Of a stretch of DNA of 48,049 bases, positions 13,674 to 22,728 are shown piece after piece. The DNA comes from a virus. The first letter of the stretch is position 1. Each line of letters opens with the position of its first letter. The translations under genes were made by a program, and so were the position numbers. The notes beneath the pieces were generated by a model, which did not search any database, was not told the DNA's origin, and was given only the letters and a program-made list of their open reading frames with translations. The stretch is taken from the IMG/VR virus record IMGVR_UViG_3300045988_024716. The stretch is one strand, 5' to 3'.

Positions 13674-14552
13674 GTGACGACCGTGGCATGGATCCAAGTA
13701 CATCAGACACTCAAAGATCACCGCAAGCTGTTCGACGCTGCTGACGAGCTTGAGATCTCGCCCCCGCACATGATGGGCCTGCTGATCTCCTTCTGGCTAT
13801 GGGCCCTCGACAATGCTCCCACGGGCAAGCTCGACGGCATCACCCACCGCATGATCGCCCGGGCTGCTCAGTATGAAGGAGACGCCGAAAAGCTGGCCGC
13901 GGCGCTGATCCGGGCCGGCTGGCTGGACGAAAACGAGGACGGCGAGCTCGAGATCCACGACTGGTACGAGTACGCCGGCAAACTGATCGACCAGCGGAAG
14001 GCCGAAAAAGAGCGATCGCAGCGTCGGCGCGACGCGGCCGCAGCAGCCGCAGGAGAAAACGCAGACGACCAACAAACGGCCAGTGGTCAGCCGAAGAAAG
14101 GCCGCAAGAAAGCCGCAGGCAGAGTAGACCAGAGTAGAGTAGATAAGAGTACAGATGGTACTACTCCCCCTTCCTCCTCTGACGAGGGGGCTGACGAGGG
14201 CAAAAAGGACGCCATCGAGGTCAGGTTTGCAGAGTTCTGGAGCGCATACCCGAAGAAAGTCGCCAAACAGTACGCCCTCAAGGCATGGAAACGGCTGCGG
14301 CCGGACGCCGAGCTGCACGAGAAGATCATGCAGGCCGTGAACGCTCAGAAGCGGAGCGAACAGTGGCGCCGAGACAACGGCCGCTACATACCGAACCCGG
14401 CCACATGGCTGAACGGCGGCCAATGGGACAACGAGCTCGAGGAGGTGACGACAGATGCAGAAAATCGGGGAGATCCTGAACGCAGCAGCGCAGCCGATGC
14501 CGGCCGCGACTACTCGAAGGGCTTCAAGACAGCAGACGACCTCGACGACTGA
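13674..14552 (+). CDS. Phage replisome organizer / replication initiation protein
   Basis: N-terminal W.QV...L.D.RKL......PHMMGLLISFWLWALDNAPTGKL pattern. C-terminal FWSAYPKKVAKQYALKAWKRL...YIPNPATWLNGGQW motif is common in phage replication proteins. The true start may be GTG 13683. Confidence 0.6.
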   Translation: MTTVAWIQVHQTLKDHRKLFDAADELEISPPHMMGLLISFWLWALDNAPTGKLDGITHRMIARAAQYEGDAEKLAAALIRAGWLDENEDGELEIHDWYEYAGKLIDQRKAEKERSQRRRDAAAAAAGENADDQQTASGQPKKGRKKAAGRVDQSRVDKSTDGTTPPSSSDEGADEGKKDAIEVRFAEFWSAYPKKVAKQYALKAWKRLRPDAELHEKIMQAVNAQKRSEQWRRDNGRYIPNPATWLNGGQWDNELEEVTTDAENRGDPERSSAADAGRDYSKGFKTADDLDD

Positions 14553-15444
14553 CGCCGGGGACGGCGGCACCAACTGGATCCTCAGCAACGACCCGGCCGT
14601 GGCAGATCTGCCGGGCACCCCGAAGCCGGTCGCCTGTGAGTTCTGCGGGGCACCGCGCCACACCAAGGGCTTCCCCTTCGGGGATCGCATCTGGTGGGCC
14701 CCATACGGGCCAGAGCGCTGCACCTGCCCCGACGCCGTGGCAGCCTTCGAGAAAGCTGAGGCCGAGCGCAAGGCCAAGGAAGAAGCCGAGCGCAAGGCTG
14801 AGGAGGATCGAAAACTCCGCGACAAGATCCAGCGCATCGTCGGCGAGTCCGGCATGGGCGATCGTTTCCTCCGCAGAACCTTCTCGACCTTCCAGATCAC
14901 GGACAGCAACCAGAAGGCCGCGGCCGTCGCCAAGCGCTACGCGGACAGCTTCGACCGGCTGCTGCCAGTTCAGGGGCAGCCAGAGCCCGGCCGCAACGGC
15001 CTGTTTATCGCCGGCCCGCCGGGCACCGGCAAGACCCATCTCGCCGCAGCCATCGCCAACCACCTGATCGCTCAGGGGCGCCCGGTTATCTGCATGACCA
15101 TGATCGACCTGCTGGAGCGCATCAAGCGCACCTACTCCAGCAGCGAAGGCGACGAGGGCAGCGTCCTGAAGATCTACAAGACCGTGCCGCTGCTGGTCAT
15201 CGACGACATGGGAAAAGAGCCCCCGACCGAGTGGGCGATCTCGACCATTTACAACATCATCAACGGCCGCTATGAGGCATACCTGCCGACCATAGTGACC
15301 ACCAACTACGACGCCGACACGCTGATCCGACGCATGACCACCCGGGACACCCGGGACGACACCACAGCCCGGGCCACCATCGACCGGCTGATGGAAATGT
15401 GCAGAGCCATCGCCCTGACCGGCGAAAGCTGGCGCCAGAAATAG
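14455..15444 (+). CDS. DnaC/IstB-like AAA+ helicase loader
   Basis: Walker A GPPGTGKTHLAAAIAN, Walker B LLVIDDMG, then INGRYEAYLPTIVTTN. N-terminal Cys cluster CEFCG...CTCPD. Confidence 0.85.
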   Translation: MQKIGEILNAAAQPMPAATTRRASRQQTTSTTDAGDGGTNWILSNDPAVADLPGTPKPVACEFCGAPRHTKGFPFGDRIWWAPYGPERCTCPDAVAAFEKAEAERKAKEEAERKAEEDRKLRDKIQRIVGESGMGDRFLRRTFSTFQITDSNQKAAAVAKRYADSFDRLLPVQGQPEPGRNGLFIAGPPGTGKTHLAAAIANHLIAQGRPVICMTMIDLLERIKRTYSSSEGDEGSVLKIYKTVPLLVIDDMGKEPPTEWAISTIYNIINGRYEAYLPTIVTTNYDADTLIRRMTTRDTRDDTTARATIDRLMEMCRAIALTGESWRQK

Positions 15445-15453
15445 GAGGACATC

Positions 15454-15999
15454 ATGAAAAAGGTTTATATCTGCTCCCCGTGCCGCGGGGACTACGAGAA
15501 CAACATCCAGCGGGCCAAGGAATACAGCCGGGCCGCAGCTATGAAGGGCTGCATCCCGATCGCCCCGCACATCTACCTCACGCAGTTCATGGACGACACG
15601 ATCCCGGCCGAGCGCGAGCTGGCCCTGAGCTTCGGCCGCGAGCTGGTGCTCCAGTGCGACGAGCTGTGGGCCTTCGGCCTCTCCCATCCGTCCGCGGGCA
15701 TGGCCGGGGAGATCGAGGTTGCCAAGGCTGCCGGGATCCCCGTGCTGAACGGCTTCGAGGAGATCAGCCGCGTCGAGCCCGCTCCTGCTGCCGCCCCGGA
15801 TCCTGAGCCGCAGGACGCTGGCAGCGTGACGCTGCACCTGCCGGCCTTCAGAGCGATGGCGGTCTGCAATCAGCACCTCGACCACGGCCCGCTCCACATC
15901 GAGATCGCCGGCAGCATCATCCTCGAGCTTGCCAAACGCCTCGCCGCTGAGCCGGGCGCCCACTTCGACATCGGGCCGGGAGGTGAGCCTATTGACTAA
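15454..15999 (+). CDS. DUF4406 / nucleoside 2-deoxyribosyltransferase-like protein
   Basis: MKKVYICSPCRGDYENNIQRAKEYSRAAAMKGCIPIAPHIY...CDELWAFG...SAGMAGEIEVAKAAGIPV fits the flavodoxin-like deoxyribosyltransferase-type pattern. Assignment is tentative. Confidence 0.5.
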   Translation: MKKVYICSPCRGDYENNIQRAKEYSRAAAMKGCIPIAPHIYLTQFMDDTIPAERELALSFGRELVLQCDELWAFGLSHPSAGMAGEIEVAKAAGIPVLNGFEEISRVEPAPAAAPDPEPQDAGSVTLHLPAFRAMAVCNQHLDHGPLHIEIAGSIILELAKRLAAEPGAHFDIGPGGEPID

Positions 16000-16606
16000 G
16001 TACAACCCGCGCACCAACGCCGAAGGCTACCCGGATCCGACGCCATACGAAGCCGAGCGCCACATCAGGGCACAGATCACCGGCAAGCAGGCCAGAGTAG
16101 CCGGCAACTACTTCGAGAACATGATCTCGGCCTCCTGCGAATACTACCGCGACCGCGGGCTTGCCAAGATCGAAAAGACCCCGGAGCCCATGAAGCCGCT
16201 CGGGGCCAAGAACCGCAAGGGCCAGTTCCTCGCCTGCTACACCAAGCAGGCCCAGCCGGACTACGGCGGCACCCTGAAGGGCGGCCAGAGCATCTACTTC
16301 GAGGCAAAGCACACCGACGATGACCGCATCGAGCAGCGCCGTCTCACGCAGGAGCAGCAGGATGACCTCGAAGCCCACCACAAGCTCGGCGCCGTGGCCT
16401 TCGTGCTGGTCAGCTTCAGCCTGTGCGACTTCTACCGCGTCCCGTGGCCGGTCTGGCGTGACATGGCCGAGACCTACGGCCGCAAGTACGTCAAGCAGGT
16501 CGAGCTCGCTCCCTATGAGGTGCCGGCGACGGCTGGCTACATCAAGTTCCTGCACGGGATCGTCGGGCAAGCAGGGCCAGAAACCACTCAGGAGGTGACA
16601 CCATGA
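15992..16606 (+). CDS. recU: RecU-like Holliday-junction resolvase
   Basis: G.YFENMI......YYRDRGLAKIEKTPEP...QPDYGGTLKGGQSIYFEAKHT....Q...L....GAVAFVLVSF parallels the RecU core. TTG start at 15992 after gggaggtg. Confidence 0.7.
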   Translation: MTKYNPRTNAEGYPDPTPYEAERHIRAQITGKQARVAGNYFENMISASCEYYRDRGLAKIEKTPEPMKPLGAKNRKGQFLACYTKQAQPDYGGTLKGGQSIYFEAKHTDDDRIEQRRLTQEQQDDLEAHHKLGAVAFVLVSFSLCDFYRVPWPVWRDMAETYGRKYVKQVELAPYEVPATAGYIKFLHGIVGQAGPETTQEVTP

Positions 16607-17226
16607 TCCCCTTCCCGGATAAGAAATACGACATAATCTACGCGGATCCCCCGTGGAGCTACTCGGACAAGGGCTGCAACGGGAACGCGGCCGAGCACTA
16701 CCCCACCATGACGGTCGACGAAATATGCAAGTTACCCGTCAACGTCGCGGGGGGGGGTATTGCCTCTGATAACTGCATTTTGTTCATGTGGGCGACCTAC
16801 CCCATGATGAAGGAGGCCCTCAAGGTGATCGAGGCGTGGGGCTTTACATACAAGTCGATCGCCTTCCAGTGGGTAAAACAGAACCGCAGCGGAAACGGCT
16901 ATTTCTTCGGCCTCGGCCGATGGACGCGGGGCAATACCGAGCCCTGCCTGCTGGCCGTGAAAGGCAAGCCGAAGCGGATCAGCGCCAGCGTGGGCCAGCT
17001 CGTATTCAGCCCGCTGCGCAGGCACAGCCAGAAACCTGACGAAGTCCGCGACAGGATCGTCGAGCTGATGGGCGACCTGCCACGGATCGAGCTTTTCGCC
17101 AGAGAGACCGCCCCGGGGTGGGACTCATGGGGGAACGAAGTGCCGACGCCGGCAGAATGTGAGGAAACCAATGGACAGCAAACAGATCGCGGAGGCCATG
17201 AGGCTGAAGCTGCCGGTCAGGTATAA
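16603..17226 (+). CDS. MT-A70-family DNA N6-adenine methyltransferase (contains a G9 homopolymer at 16749-16757)
   Basis: YDIIYADPPWSY...HYPTM...LFMWAT...GFTYKS..FQWVK...G.W.R.N.E.CLLA.KG...HSQKPDE is the MT-A70 signature. Confidence 0.85.
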   Translation: MIPFPDKKYDIIYADPPWSYSDKGCNGNAAEHYPTMTVDEICKLPVNVAGGGIASDNCILFMWATYPMMKEALKVIEAWGFTYKSIAFQWVKQNRSGNGYFFGLGRWTRGNTEPCLLAVKGKPKRISASVGQLVFSPLRRHSQKPDEVRDRIVELMGDLPRIELFARETAPGWDSWGNEVPTPAECEETNGQQTDRGGHEAEAAGQV

Positions 17227-17422
17227 CGGCATCACATACCAGCAGATCACCGAGTACATCCTCTGGCATGACGCAGCCGGCACCCGGCGCACCTCTGTCT
17301 CCCTCCTCGATAAAAACAGCCACAGCATCACCAGAGCGCCGGCCGATCGTGTCGAGCTGGTCGCTCAGGAAGGAGGAACCGATGAACAGTATCACCAAAG
17401 AGACCCGGCGCGAGAGCTATGA
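17171..17422 (+). CDS. Hypothetical small protein
   Basis: ATG 17171 after gaggaaacc. Overlaps neighbours at both ends. Confidence 0.4.
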   Translation: MDSKQIAEAMRLKLPVRYNGITYQQITEYILWHDAAGTRRTSVSLLDKNSHSITRAPADRVELVAQEGGTDEQYHQRDPAREL

Positions 17423-17684
17423 CGCCATCCTGCCGAAGGTCAAGAAGCGCAGCCGCCTGATCCTCGAGACACTCGGCGACCGTCAGATGACGGCCAGCGA
17501 GATCACCGAGGAGCTGGTAGCCGCCGGGAAGATCCCATATTTCAACCGCAACTACGTCGCCCCGAGGCTCACCGAGCTGAAGGACATCGGCGTCCTCGAG
17601 ACGGTTGGCCGCAGGAAGGCCACCCGGTCGGACGCCACCGAGGCCGTATGGGCCAGAAAGGAGCTGCCGCATGAGCCTCGATGA
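17382..17684 (+). CDS. Winged-helix (MarR/ArsR-like) DNA-binding protein
   Basis: ILETLGDRQMTASEITEELVAAGKIPYFNRNYVAPRLTELKDIGVLETVGRR is a wHTH pattern. RBS is aggagg. Confidence 0.55.
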   Translation: MNSITKETRRESYDAILPKVKKRSRLILETLGDRQMTASEITEELVAAGKIPYFNRNYVAPRLTELKDIGVLETVGRRKATRSDATEAVWARKELPHEPR

Positions 17685-18519
17685 CATCACCCTCGCCGTC
17701 GACTACTTCGACCTGAAGAAGATCGCCGAGAGCGGCCAGTGTTTCCGCTGGAAGGAGCTCGGCCCCGGCAAGTACCTGATCCCCTCCAGCCAGACCTGCG
17801 CCATCATGGAGCAGAAGGAACCCGACGACGACCTGCATCTGCTCATAGAGGAGGGCACGCTGCCGCTCTGGCAGGACTACCTCAACTACGGCGAGCGCTA
17901 CGGCAGCATCGTCCGCGAGGCCCGGGAGGCCACGCTGGCAGACGGATCCCCTGACCTGTTCCTCCGGGAGGCCGTGCTGGAGGCCGCCGGCGTCCAGATC
18001 CTCACGCAGGATCTATGGGAGACGCTGGTCAGCTTCGTCATCAGCCAGAACAACAACATCCCGCGGATCAAGAAGCTGGTCGCGGCCCTCTGCAAGCAGT
18101 TCGGAGAGCGCCGGCAGCTCGCCGGCCACGAGTTCTACACCTTCCCGACATGGGAACGGCTGGCCGGCCAAGATCTGAGCAGCCTCGGCCTCGGCTACCG
18201 CGACAAGTACGTCGAGCAGCTCGCTCAGAACGTCACCGACGGCCGGATCGACCTGCATGAGCTGACCGGCATGGAGACCGAGCAGGCCCGCACCTACCTG
18301 AAAAGCATCCACGGCGTCGGCAACAAGGTGGCCGACTGCGTGCTCCTGTTCGGGCTGCACCGCGTCGAAGCCTTCCCGGTCGACACATGGATCCGGCAGG
18401 TCATCGACGAGCACTACGGCGGCAAGTTCCCGGTCGAGCACTACAACGGCCACGCCGGCATCATCCAGCAGTTTATTTTTTACTATATGCAGCAGCACAA
18501 AGGAGGTAAAACCACATGA
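17671..18519 (+). CDS. HhH-GPD DNA glycosylase, 8-oxoguanine glycosylase (OGG)-like
   Basis: SGQCFRW (OGG N-domain motif) ... LWETLVSFVISQNNNI.RI ... IHGVGNKVADCVLLFGL....FPVDTW (HhH-GPD with catalytic K and D). Confidence 0.75.
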   Translation: MSLDDITLAVDYFDLKKIAESGQCFRWKELGPGKYLIPSSQTCAIMEQKEPDDDLHLLIEEGTLPLWQDYLNYGERYGSIVREAREATLADGSPDLFLREAVLEAAGVQILTQDLWETLVSFVISQNNNIPRIKKLVAALCKQFGERRQLAGHEFYTFPTWERLAGQDLSSLGLGYRDKYVEQLAQNVTDGRIDLHELTGMETEQARTYLKSIHGVGNKVADCVLLFGLHRVEAFPVDTWIRQVIDEHYGGKFPVEHYNGHAGIIQQFIFYYMQQHKGGKTT

Positions 18520-18890
18520 ACAAGAACATCGACAGGTCGAGCATCCTGCAAATGGCCCGCGGCGCGTTTCAGGAGCGCGTCGACTACGAGATGGGCCGAG
18601 TCGTCGACAACATCCTCGACCTCAACACCAAGGCAACAGCCAAGAGGAAGATCACCCTCACCATCGAGCTGACGCCTGACGACGAGCGCCAGACGATCTC
18701 CGTGGCCGTGCAGGCCAAGGCGACGCTCGCGCCCACCAACCCGGTCGCAACGGCCCTCTGCATCACCAGCGACGGCAACGGCGAAATGGTCGTGGCCGAA
18801 ATGGTGCCGCAGATCCCCGGCCAAATTAACATGGATGGCACTCAGCAGGAGGCCCCCAAGATCCTGAAGCTCGTACAAACTGCCAACTAA
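18516..18890 (+). CDS. Hypothetical protein (124 aa)
   Basis: Translationally coupled ORF with coding-like composition. Confidence 0.55.
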   Translation: MNKNIDRSSILQMARGAFQERVDYEMGRVVDNILDLNTKATAKRKITLTIELTPDDERQTISVAVQAKATLAPTNPVATALCITSDGNGEMVVAEMVPQIPGQINMDGTQQEAPKILKLVQTAN

Positions 18891-18908
18891 GAAAAGGAGG
18901 ACAACACA

Positions 18909-19622
18909 ATGCTCGCAAAAATGATCGACAAAATCGTCGCCCTGAAGGAGACCAAAACCTTCGAGATCGCCGGCCAGACCTACGCCGACGCACCCCTCAC
19001 CCGGATCCCGCCCCACGTCGACCGGCCCGACTGCATCAGCGTCAGCGGCCTCGATGGCATCTGCAAGCTGATCCGCACCGAGCTTGCCAAGATCAACACC
19101 GTCATCATGGTGCAGGCCAAGAGCTACAAGAGCGTCGAGGTCATGACCACCTACCTGCCGGACTTCTCCCGCAATATCCTCTACCGCGCCGAGGCTGACG
19201 TCCCGGGCCTGCGCACAGGTTTTCGCAGCCGCGAGGTCGCGCTGATCGAGCTGCGCAGCCTGTTCATCCCCAACGAGGGCACGGCCTACCTGCTCGACCT
19301 GCTGAGCCGGATGACCGACGAGAACAGCGTCTCCACCAAGGACAACGGCGTCACGCAGACTGTGGAGGCCCGTCAGGGCGTCGCCCTCAACGCTCTCGTC
19401 GAGGTCAAGCCCCGCATCCAGCTCCAGCCGTTCCGCACCTTCCTCGAGGTGCCTCAGCCCGAGAGCGAGTTCCTGCTGCGCGTCGACCCCAACGAGGGGA
19501 TCGGCTTCTTCGAGGCTGACGGCGGCGTCTGGAAACTGGAGGCCAAGCGCAACATCGCCGACTACTTCGAGAAAAACCTGAAGGATCTGATCGAGGCCGG
19601 CAAGGTCGTCGTCATGAAGTAA
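18909..19622 (+). CDS. Hypothetical protein (237 aa; possibly DUF2303/YfdQ-like)
   Basis: RBS aaaggagg. The family guess is from memory only. Confidence 0.5.
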   Translation: MLAKMIDKIVALKETKTFEIAGQTYADAPLTRIPPHVDRPDCISVSGLDGICKLIRTELAKINTVIMVQAKSYKSVEVMTTYLPDFSRNILYRAEADVPGLRTGFRSREVALIELRSLFIPNEGTAYLLDLLSRMTDENSVSTKDNGVTQTVEARQGVALNALVEVKPRIQLQPFRTFLEVPQPESEFLLRVDPNEGIGFFEADGGVWKLEAKRNIADYFEKNLKDLIEAGKVVVMK

Positions 19623-19677
19623 ACCAGAAAGGCCGGGCGGGCAGCACCCGCTCGGCCATCTGAGAAAGGAGCCACAC

Positions 19678-19854
19678 ATGGAGAGACTGACCGCGCAGCG
19701 CTGCAACGGCATCAAGACCGGGTACTGGAGCCCGGCCAAGAAGGATGACCTCGTGCAGCGCCTCGGCCCCTATGAGGACATCGGCCTCGAGCCCGCCGAA
19801 ATCGTGAAACGGCTCAAGGACGCGGAAAAAGCCGCAGAAGGGAGAAACGCATGA
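19678..19854 (+). CDS. Hypothetical small protein (58 aa)
   Basis: ATG 19678 after gaaaggag. ATGA overlap with the next gene. Below the ORF-track cutoff. Confidence 0.4.
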   Translation: MERLTAQRCNGIKTGYWSPAKKDDLVQRLGPYEDIGLEPAEIVKRLKDAEKAAEGRNA

Positions 19855-20648
19855 GAGAATACACAACACTGACCCGGGAGGCCGTCGACGTGGTCGAAGG
19901 CGCCGCCCAATACATGAGCGAGACGACCCCGATGGAACACTGGAGCGACAAAATGCTCGACCTGCTCCTGAACGGGCCTACGATCAACGGCATCAAGAAG
20001 GACGAAGTCAGGGCGCTGCTGCGTCAGACCTATGCAGCCCTGAAGCGCTACGAGGTGATCGGCCCTATGGCCTCGCCCTTTATGAACGACCCGACCGCCA
20101 TCGTCGCCCTCGCCTTCAGGGAGCTGTACCCGCGCCTCGAATACTACGCGCAGTACGTCCCGGGGCTCGAGGACGAAGAAGGCAAACCGGCCTACGGCCT
20201 GACCATATTCCCGGACGACGGCAGCACGCCGATCGTCTGCATCTCGGCCGAGGTGCCGATCAGCGCTGGGCCTGAGCTGCTGGCCCACGAGCTCGCCCAC
20301 GTCGCAGCCGGTGAAGCCGGCGAGCACGGCCCCGAGTGGAAGGCAGCCGAGGAGGCCATCTTCCAGAAGTACAACGAGATCCTCGACGCCAAGATCCCCG
20401 ACGAGCCCGTGGAGGTGACAGTCACCCCGCACGAGGTCGGCGACGGCGGGATCCTCGCCATGCCTCTGAAGGCCAACATCCCCGACCCGCAGCGCGACGA
20501 CTGGAAGCTCGTCACCTGCCCGATCTGCGGAGCTGAGTGCTGGGAGAATGACCTCGCCCGTCAGGCTATGGCAGCCGAGCCCGAGCTCCGCGCAGCGTGC
20601 ACCACCTGCGCCCTGAAGGCCGGCGTCACCACCGGCGGCAAACACTGA
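19851..20648 (+). CDS. Putative zinc metallopeptidase-like protein (HExxH) with a C-terminal zinc ribbon
   Basis: LLAHELAHVAAGE...HGPEW. C-terminal CPICGAEC...CTTC. Confidence 0.5.
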   Translation: MREYTTLTREAVDVVEGAAQYMSETTPMEHWSDKMLDLLLNGPTINGIKKDEVRALLRQTYAALKRYEVIGPMASPFMNDPTAIVALAFRELYPRLEYYAQYVPGLEDEEGKPAYGLTIFPDDGSTPIVCISAEVPISAGPELLAHELAHVAAGEAGEHGPEWKAAEEAIFQKYNEILDAKIPDEPVEVTVTPHEVGDGGILAMPLKANIPDPQRDDWKLVTCPICGAECWENDLARQAMAAEPELRAACTTCALKAGVTTGGKH

Positions 20649-20660
20649 AAGGAGGAAACC

Positions 20661-20891
20661 ATGAACGACAACAACAAGAGCAGCGGCAGCTCCGGCGGCA
20701 TCTTCTGGACGCTGCTGGCCGTCGCTTTTATCGTACTGAAGGTCACGCACCTGATCGACTGGCCGTGGGTGTGGGTGCTGGCCCCGATCTGGATCCCCAC
20801 CGGGATCGTACTGGCCGCCATCGTGGTCGTGCTGATCGTCGTGCTGACAAAGGAGACGATCAGGTCGCTGGAGAGGAGGAACCGCCGATGA
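20661..20891 (+). CDS. Small membrane protein (2 TM)
   Basis: GIFWTLLAVAFIVLKV and WVLAPIWIPTGIVLAAIVVVLIVVL. Confidence 0.5.
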   Translation: MNDNNKSSGSSGGIFWTLLAVAFIVLKVTHLIDWPWVWVLAPIWIPTGIVLAAIVVVLIVVLTKETIRSLERRNRR

Positions 20892-21151
20892 ATAGAGCAA
20901 CCTGCCGAGGCTGCGGCGCTCCGATCGTCTGGATCAAGACACCGGCCGGGAAGGCCATGCCGTGCGATCCGGCGCCGGTCTACTACAAGGCAGCGCCCGG
21001 CGGGAATGACAAGATCGTCACCACCCGGGGCGAGGTCGTGAGCTGCGAGATCGTGCCCGGAGCTGAGGCCACAGACGCCGGATACCGGCCGCACTGGGCC
21101 ACCTGCCCGCGGGCCGGGCAATTCAAGAGAGGAGGCCGAGCTCGTGAATGA
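20888..21151 (+). CDS. Small Cys-containing protein (87 aa)
   Basis: MNRATCRGCGAPIVWIKT..GKAMPCD...HWATCP. ATGA coupling. Confidence 0.5.
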   Translation: MNRATCRGCGAPIVWIKTPAGKAMPCDPAPVYYKAAPGGNDKIVTTRGEVVSCEIVPGAEATDAGYRPHWATCPRAGQFKRGGRARE

Positions 21152-21341
21152 GATTATCATAAACACCGGCATCATGGCCGGAGATGTCTGCCCCAAATGC
21201 CTCGGATCTGGAAAAGTAAAAGCGATGCAGATGGCGAGGTACATCAACGGGCCGACCATCCGCGTCGAGGACACACGAGTCGCCTGCGACCTCTGCGGAG
21301 GGAGCGGAAGGCTGAAAGGAGGCAAACATGGCAAAGGATAA
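21144..21341 (+). CDS. Small DnaJ-type zinc-finger protein
   Basis: CPKCLGSGK ... CDLCGGSGR (two CxxCxGxG repeats). GTG start. Confidence 0.5.
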   Translation: MNEIIINTGIMAGDVCPKCLGSGKVKAMQMARYINGPTIRVEDTRVACDLCGGSGRLKGGKHGKG

Positions 21342-22716
21342 ACCACAGCCGCAGGACGGGCCGGAGCTGGCCGAGTACATCACCACAGCGGAGCCGAAGG
21401 CATACGCCGGCGGCGTCCCCGTGTTCTGCGCCCATGACGCCATCGTGCCGATCAAAGACCTCAAGCCGAACCCGAAGAACCCGAACCAGCACCCGCCGGA
21501 GCAGATCAAGCTCCTCGCCTCGGTCATCCGGGCGACGGGCTGGCGCGGGCCGATCACCGTCAGCACCCGCAGCGGATACATCGTAAAGGGCCACGGACGC
21601 CTCATGGCTGCCGAGCTCGACGACCTGAAGGAGGCCCCGGTCGACTACCAAAACTACGCCAGCGAGGCCGAGGAGATGGCCGACCTGACCGCCGACAACC
21701 GCATCGCAGAGCTCGCCACGATCGACAACAAAATGCTCGCCGAGGTATTTGCGGACATAGACACGGGCGAGATCCCGCTCATGCTCTCCGGCTACACCGA
21801 GGAAGAATACGGCAACATCGTCACGGCCCTCTCTGAAGCTGTCCACGATCAGGAGCTCAAGGGCGACCCCGACGCCGAGATCCCGCCGCCGGCCAAGCCT
21901 GTCACGCAGTACGGCGACCTCTGGATCCTCGGCAAGCACCGCGTCCTCTGCGGAGACTGCACACGGCCGGAGGATCGCGCCCTACTGCTGGACGGAGCGA
22001 CGCCGGAGATCCTGCTGACCGACCCGCCCTACTGCTCAGGCGGCAGCAAGGAGTCACAGAAGTCGACCGGCAGCATCGGCACGACACACAAAGACGGAAA
22101 GGCCCCGAAGATCGCCAACGACATCCTCAGCACCCGAGGCTACCAAAACCTGATCCGCGGCGCCCTGACCGACATCCCGTGCCTCTACGCCTACATCTTC
22201 ACCGACTGGCGAATGTGGGTGTACCTGTTCGATCTGGTGGAGGCTGCCGGCTTCGGCGTCAAGTCTGAGATCGTATGGGACAAGGGCACGCCGGGCATGG
22301 GCGTCGGCTGGCGATCGCAGCATGAGCTCATACTGTTCGGCGCCCGGGCCGCGACACACTTCGACGGCCACAAGGGCTACGGCAACGTGCTGAGCATCTC
22401 CCGCTCCGGGAATGAGCTGCACCCCACTCAGAAACCCGTCGAGCTGCTGGAGAAGCTCGTCGACAACACGGACTTCGCCAAGGGCGTCTATGACCCCTTC
22501 GGAGGATCCGGCACAACAATGGCCGCCTGCGAGGCACACGGGCAGCCCTCGTACCTGATGGAGCTGACGCCGGCATACACCGACGTGATCGTGAAGCGAT
22601 ACATCAGCATCACAGGCAAGAATAACGTCCGCTGCGTCCGTCAAGGCAAGGAGCTCCCGCGGGAGGCCATCGCCGAGATCTTCGAGCCCGACGACGAAGG
22701 AGGTGAGCAGGAGTGA
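21328..22716 (+). CDS. ParB-like nuclease domain fused to a DNA (N6/N4) methyltransferase
   Basis: LKPNPKNPNQH...GYIVKGHGRLMAA (ParB N-domain), ILLTDPPY (motif IV), VYDPFGGSGTTMAA (motif I). Confidence 0.85.
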   Translation: MAKDKPQPQDGPELAEYITTAEPKAYAGGVPVFCAHDAIVPIKDLKPNPKNPNQHPPEQIKLLASVIRATGWRGPITVSTRSGYIVKGHGRLMAAELDDLKEAPVDYQNYASEAEEMADLTADNRIAELATIDNKMLAEVFADIDTGEIPLMLSGYTEEEYGNIVTALSEAVHDQELKGDPDAEIPPPAKPVTQYGDLWILGKHRVLCGDCTRPEDRALLLDGATPEILLTDPPYCSGGSKESQKSTGSIGTTHKDGKAPKIANDILSTRGYQNLIRGALTDIPCLYAYIFTDWRMWVYLFDLVEAAGFGVKSEIVWDKGTPGMGVGWRSQHELILFGARAATHFDGHKGYGNVLSISRSGNELHPTQKPVELLEKLVDNTDFAKGVYDPFGGSGTTMAACEAHGQPSYLMELTPAYTDVIVKRYISITGKNNVRCVRQGKELPREAIAEIFEPDDEGGEQE

Positions 22717-22728
22717 CGCCCTGAAGAA

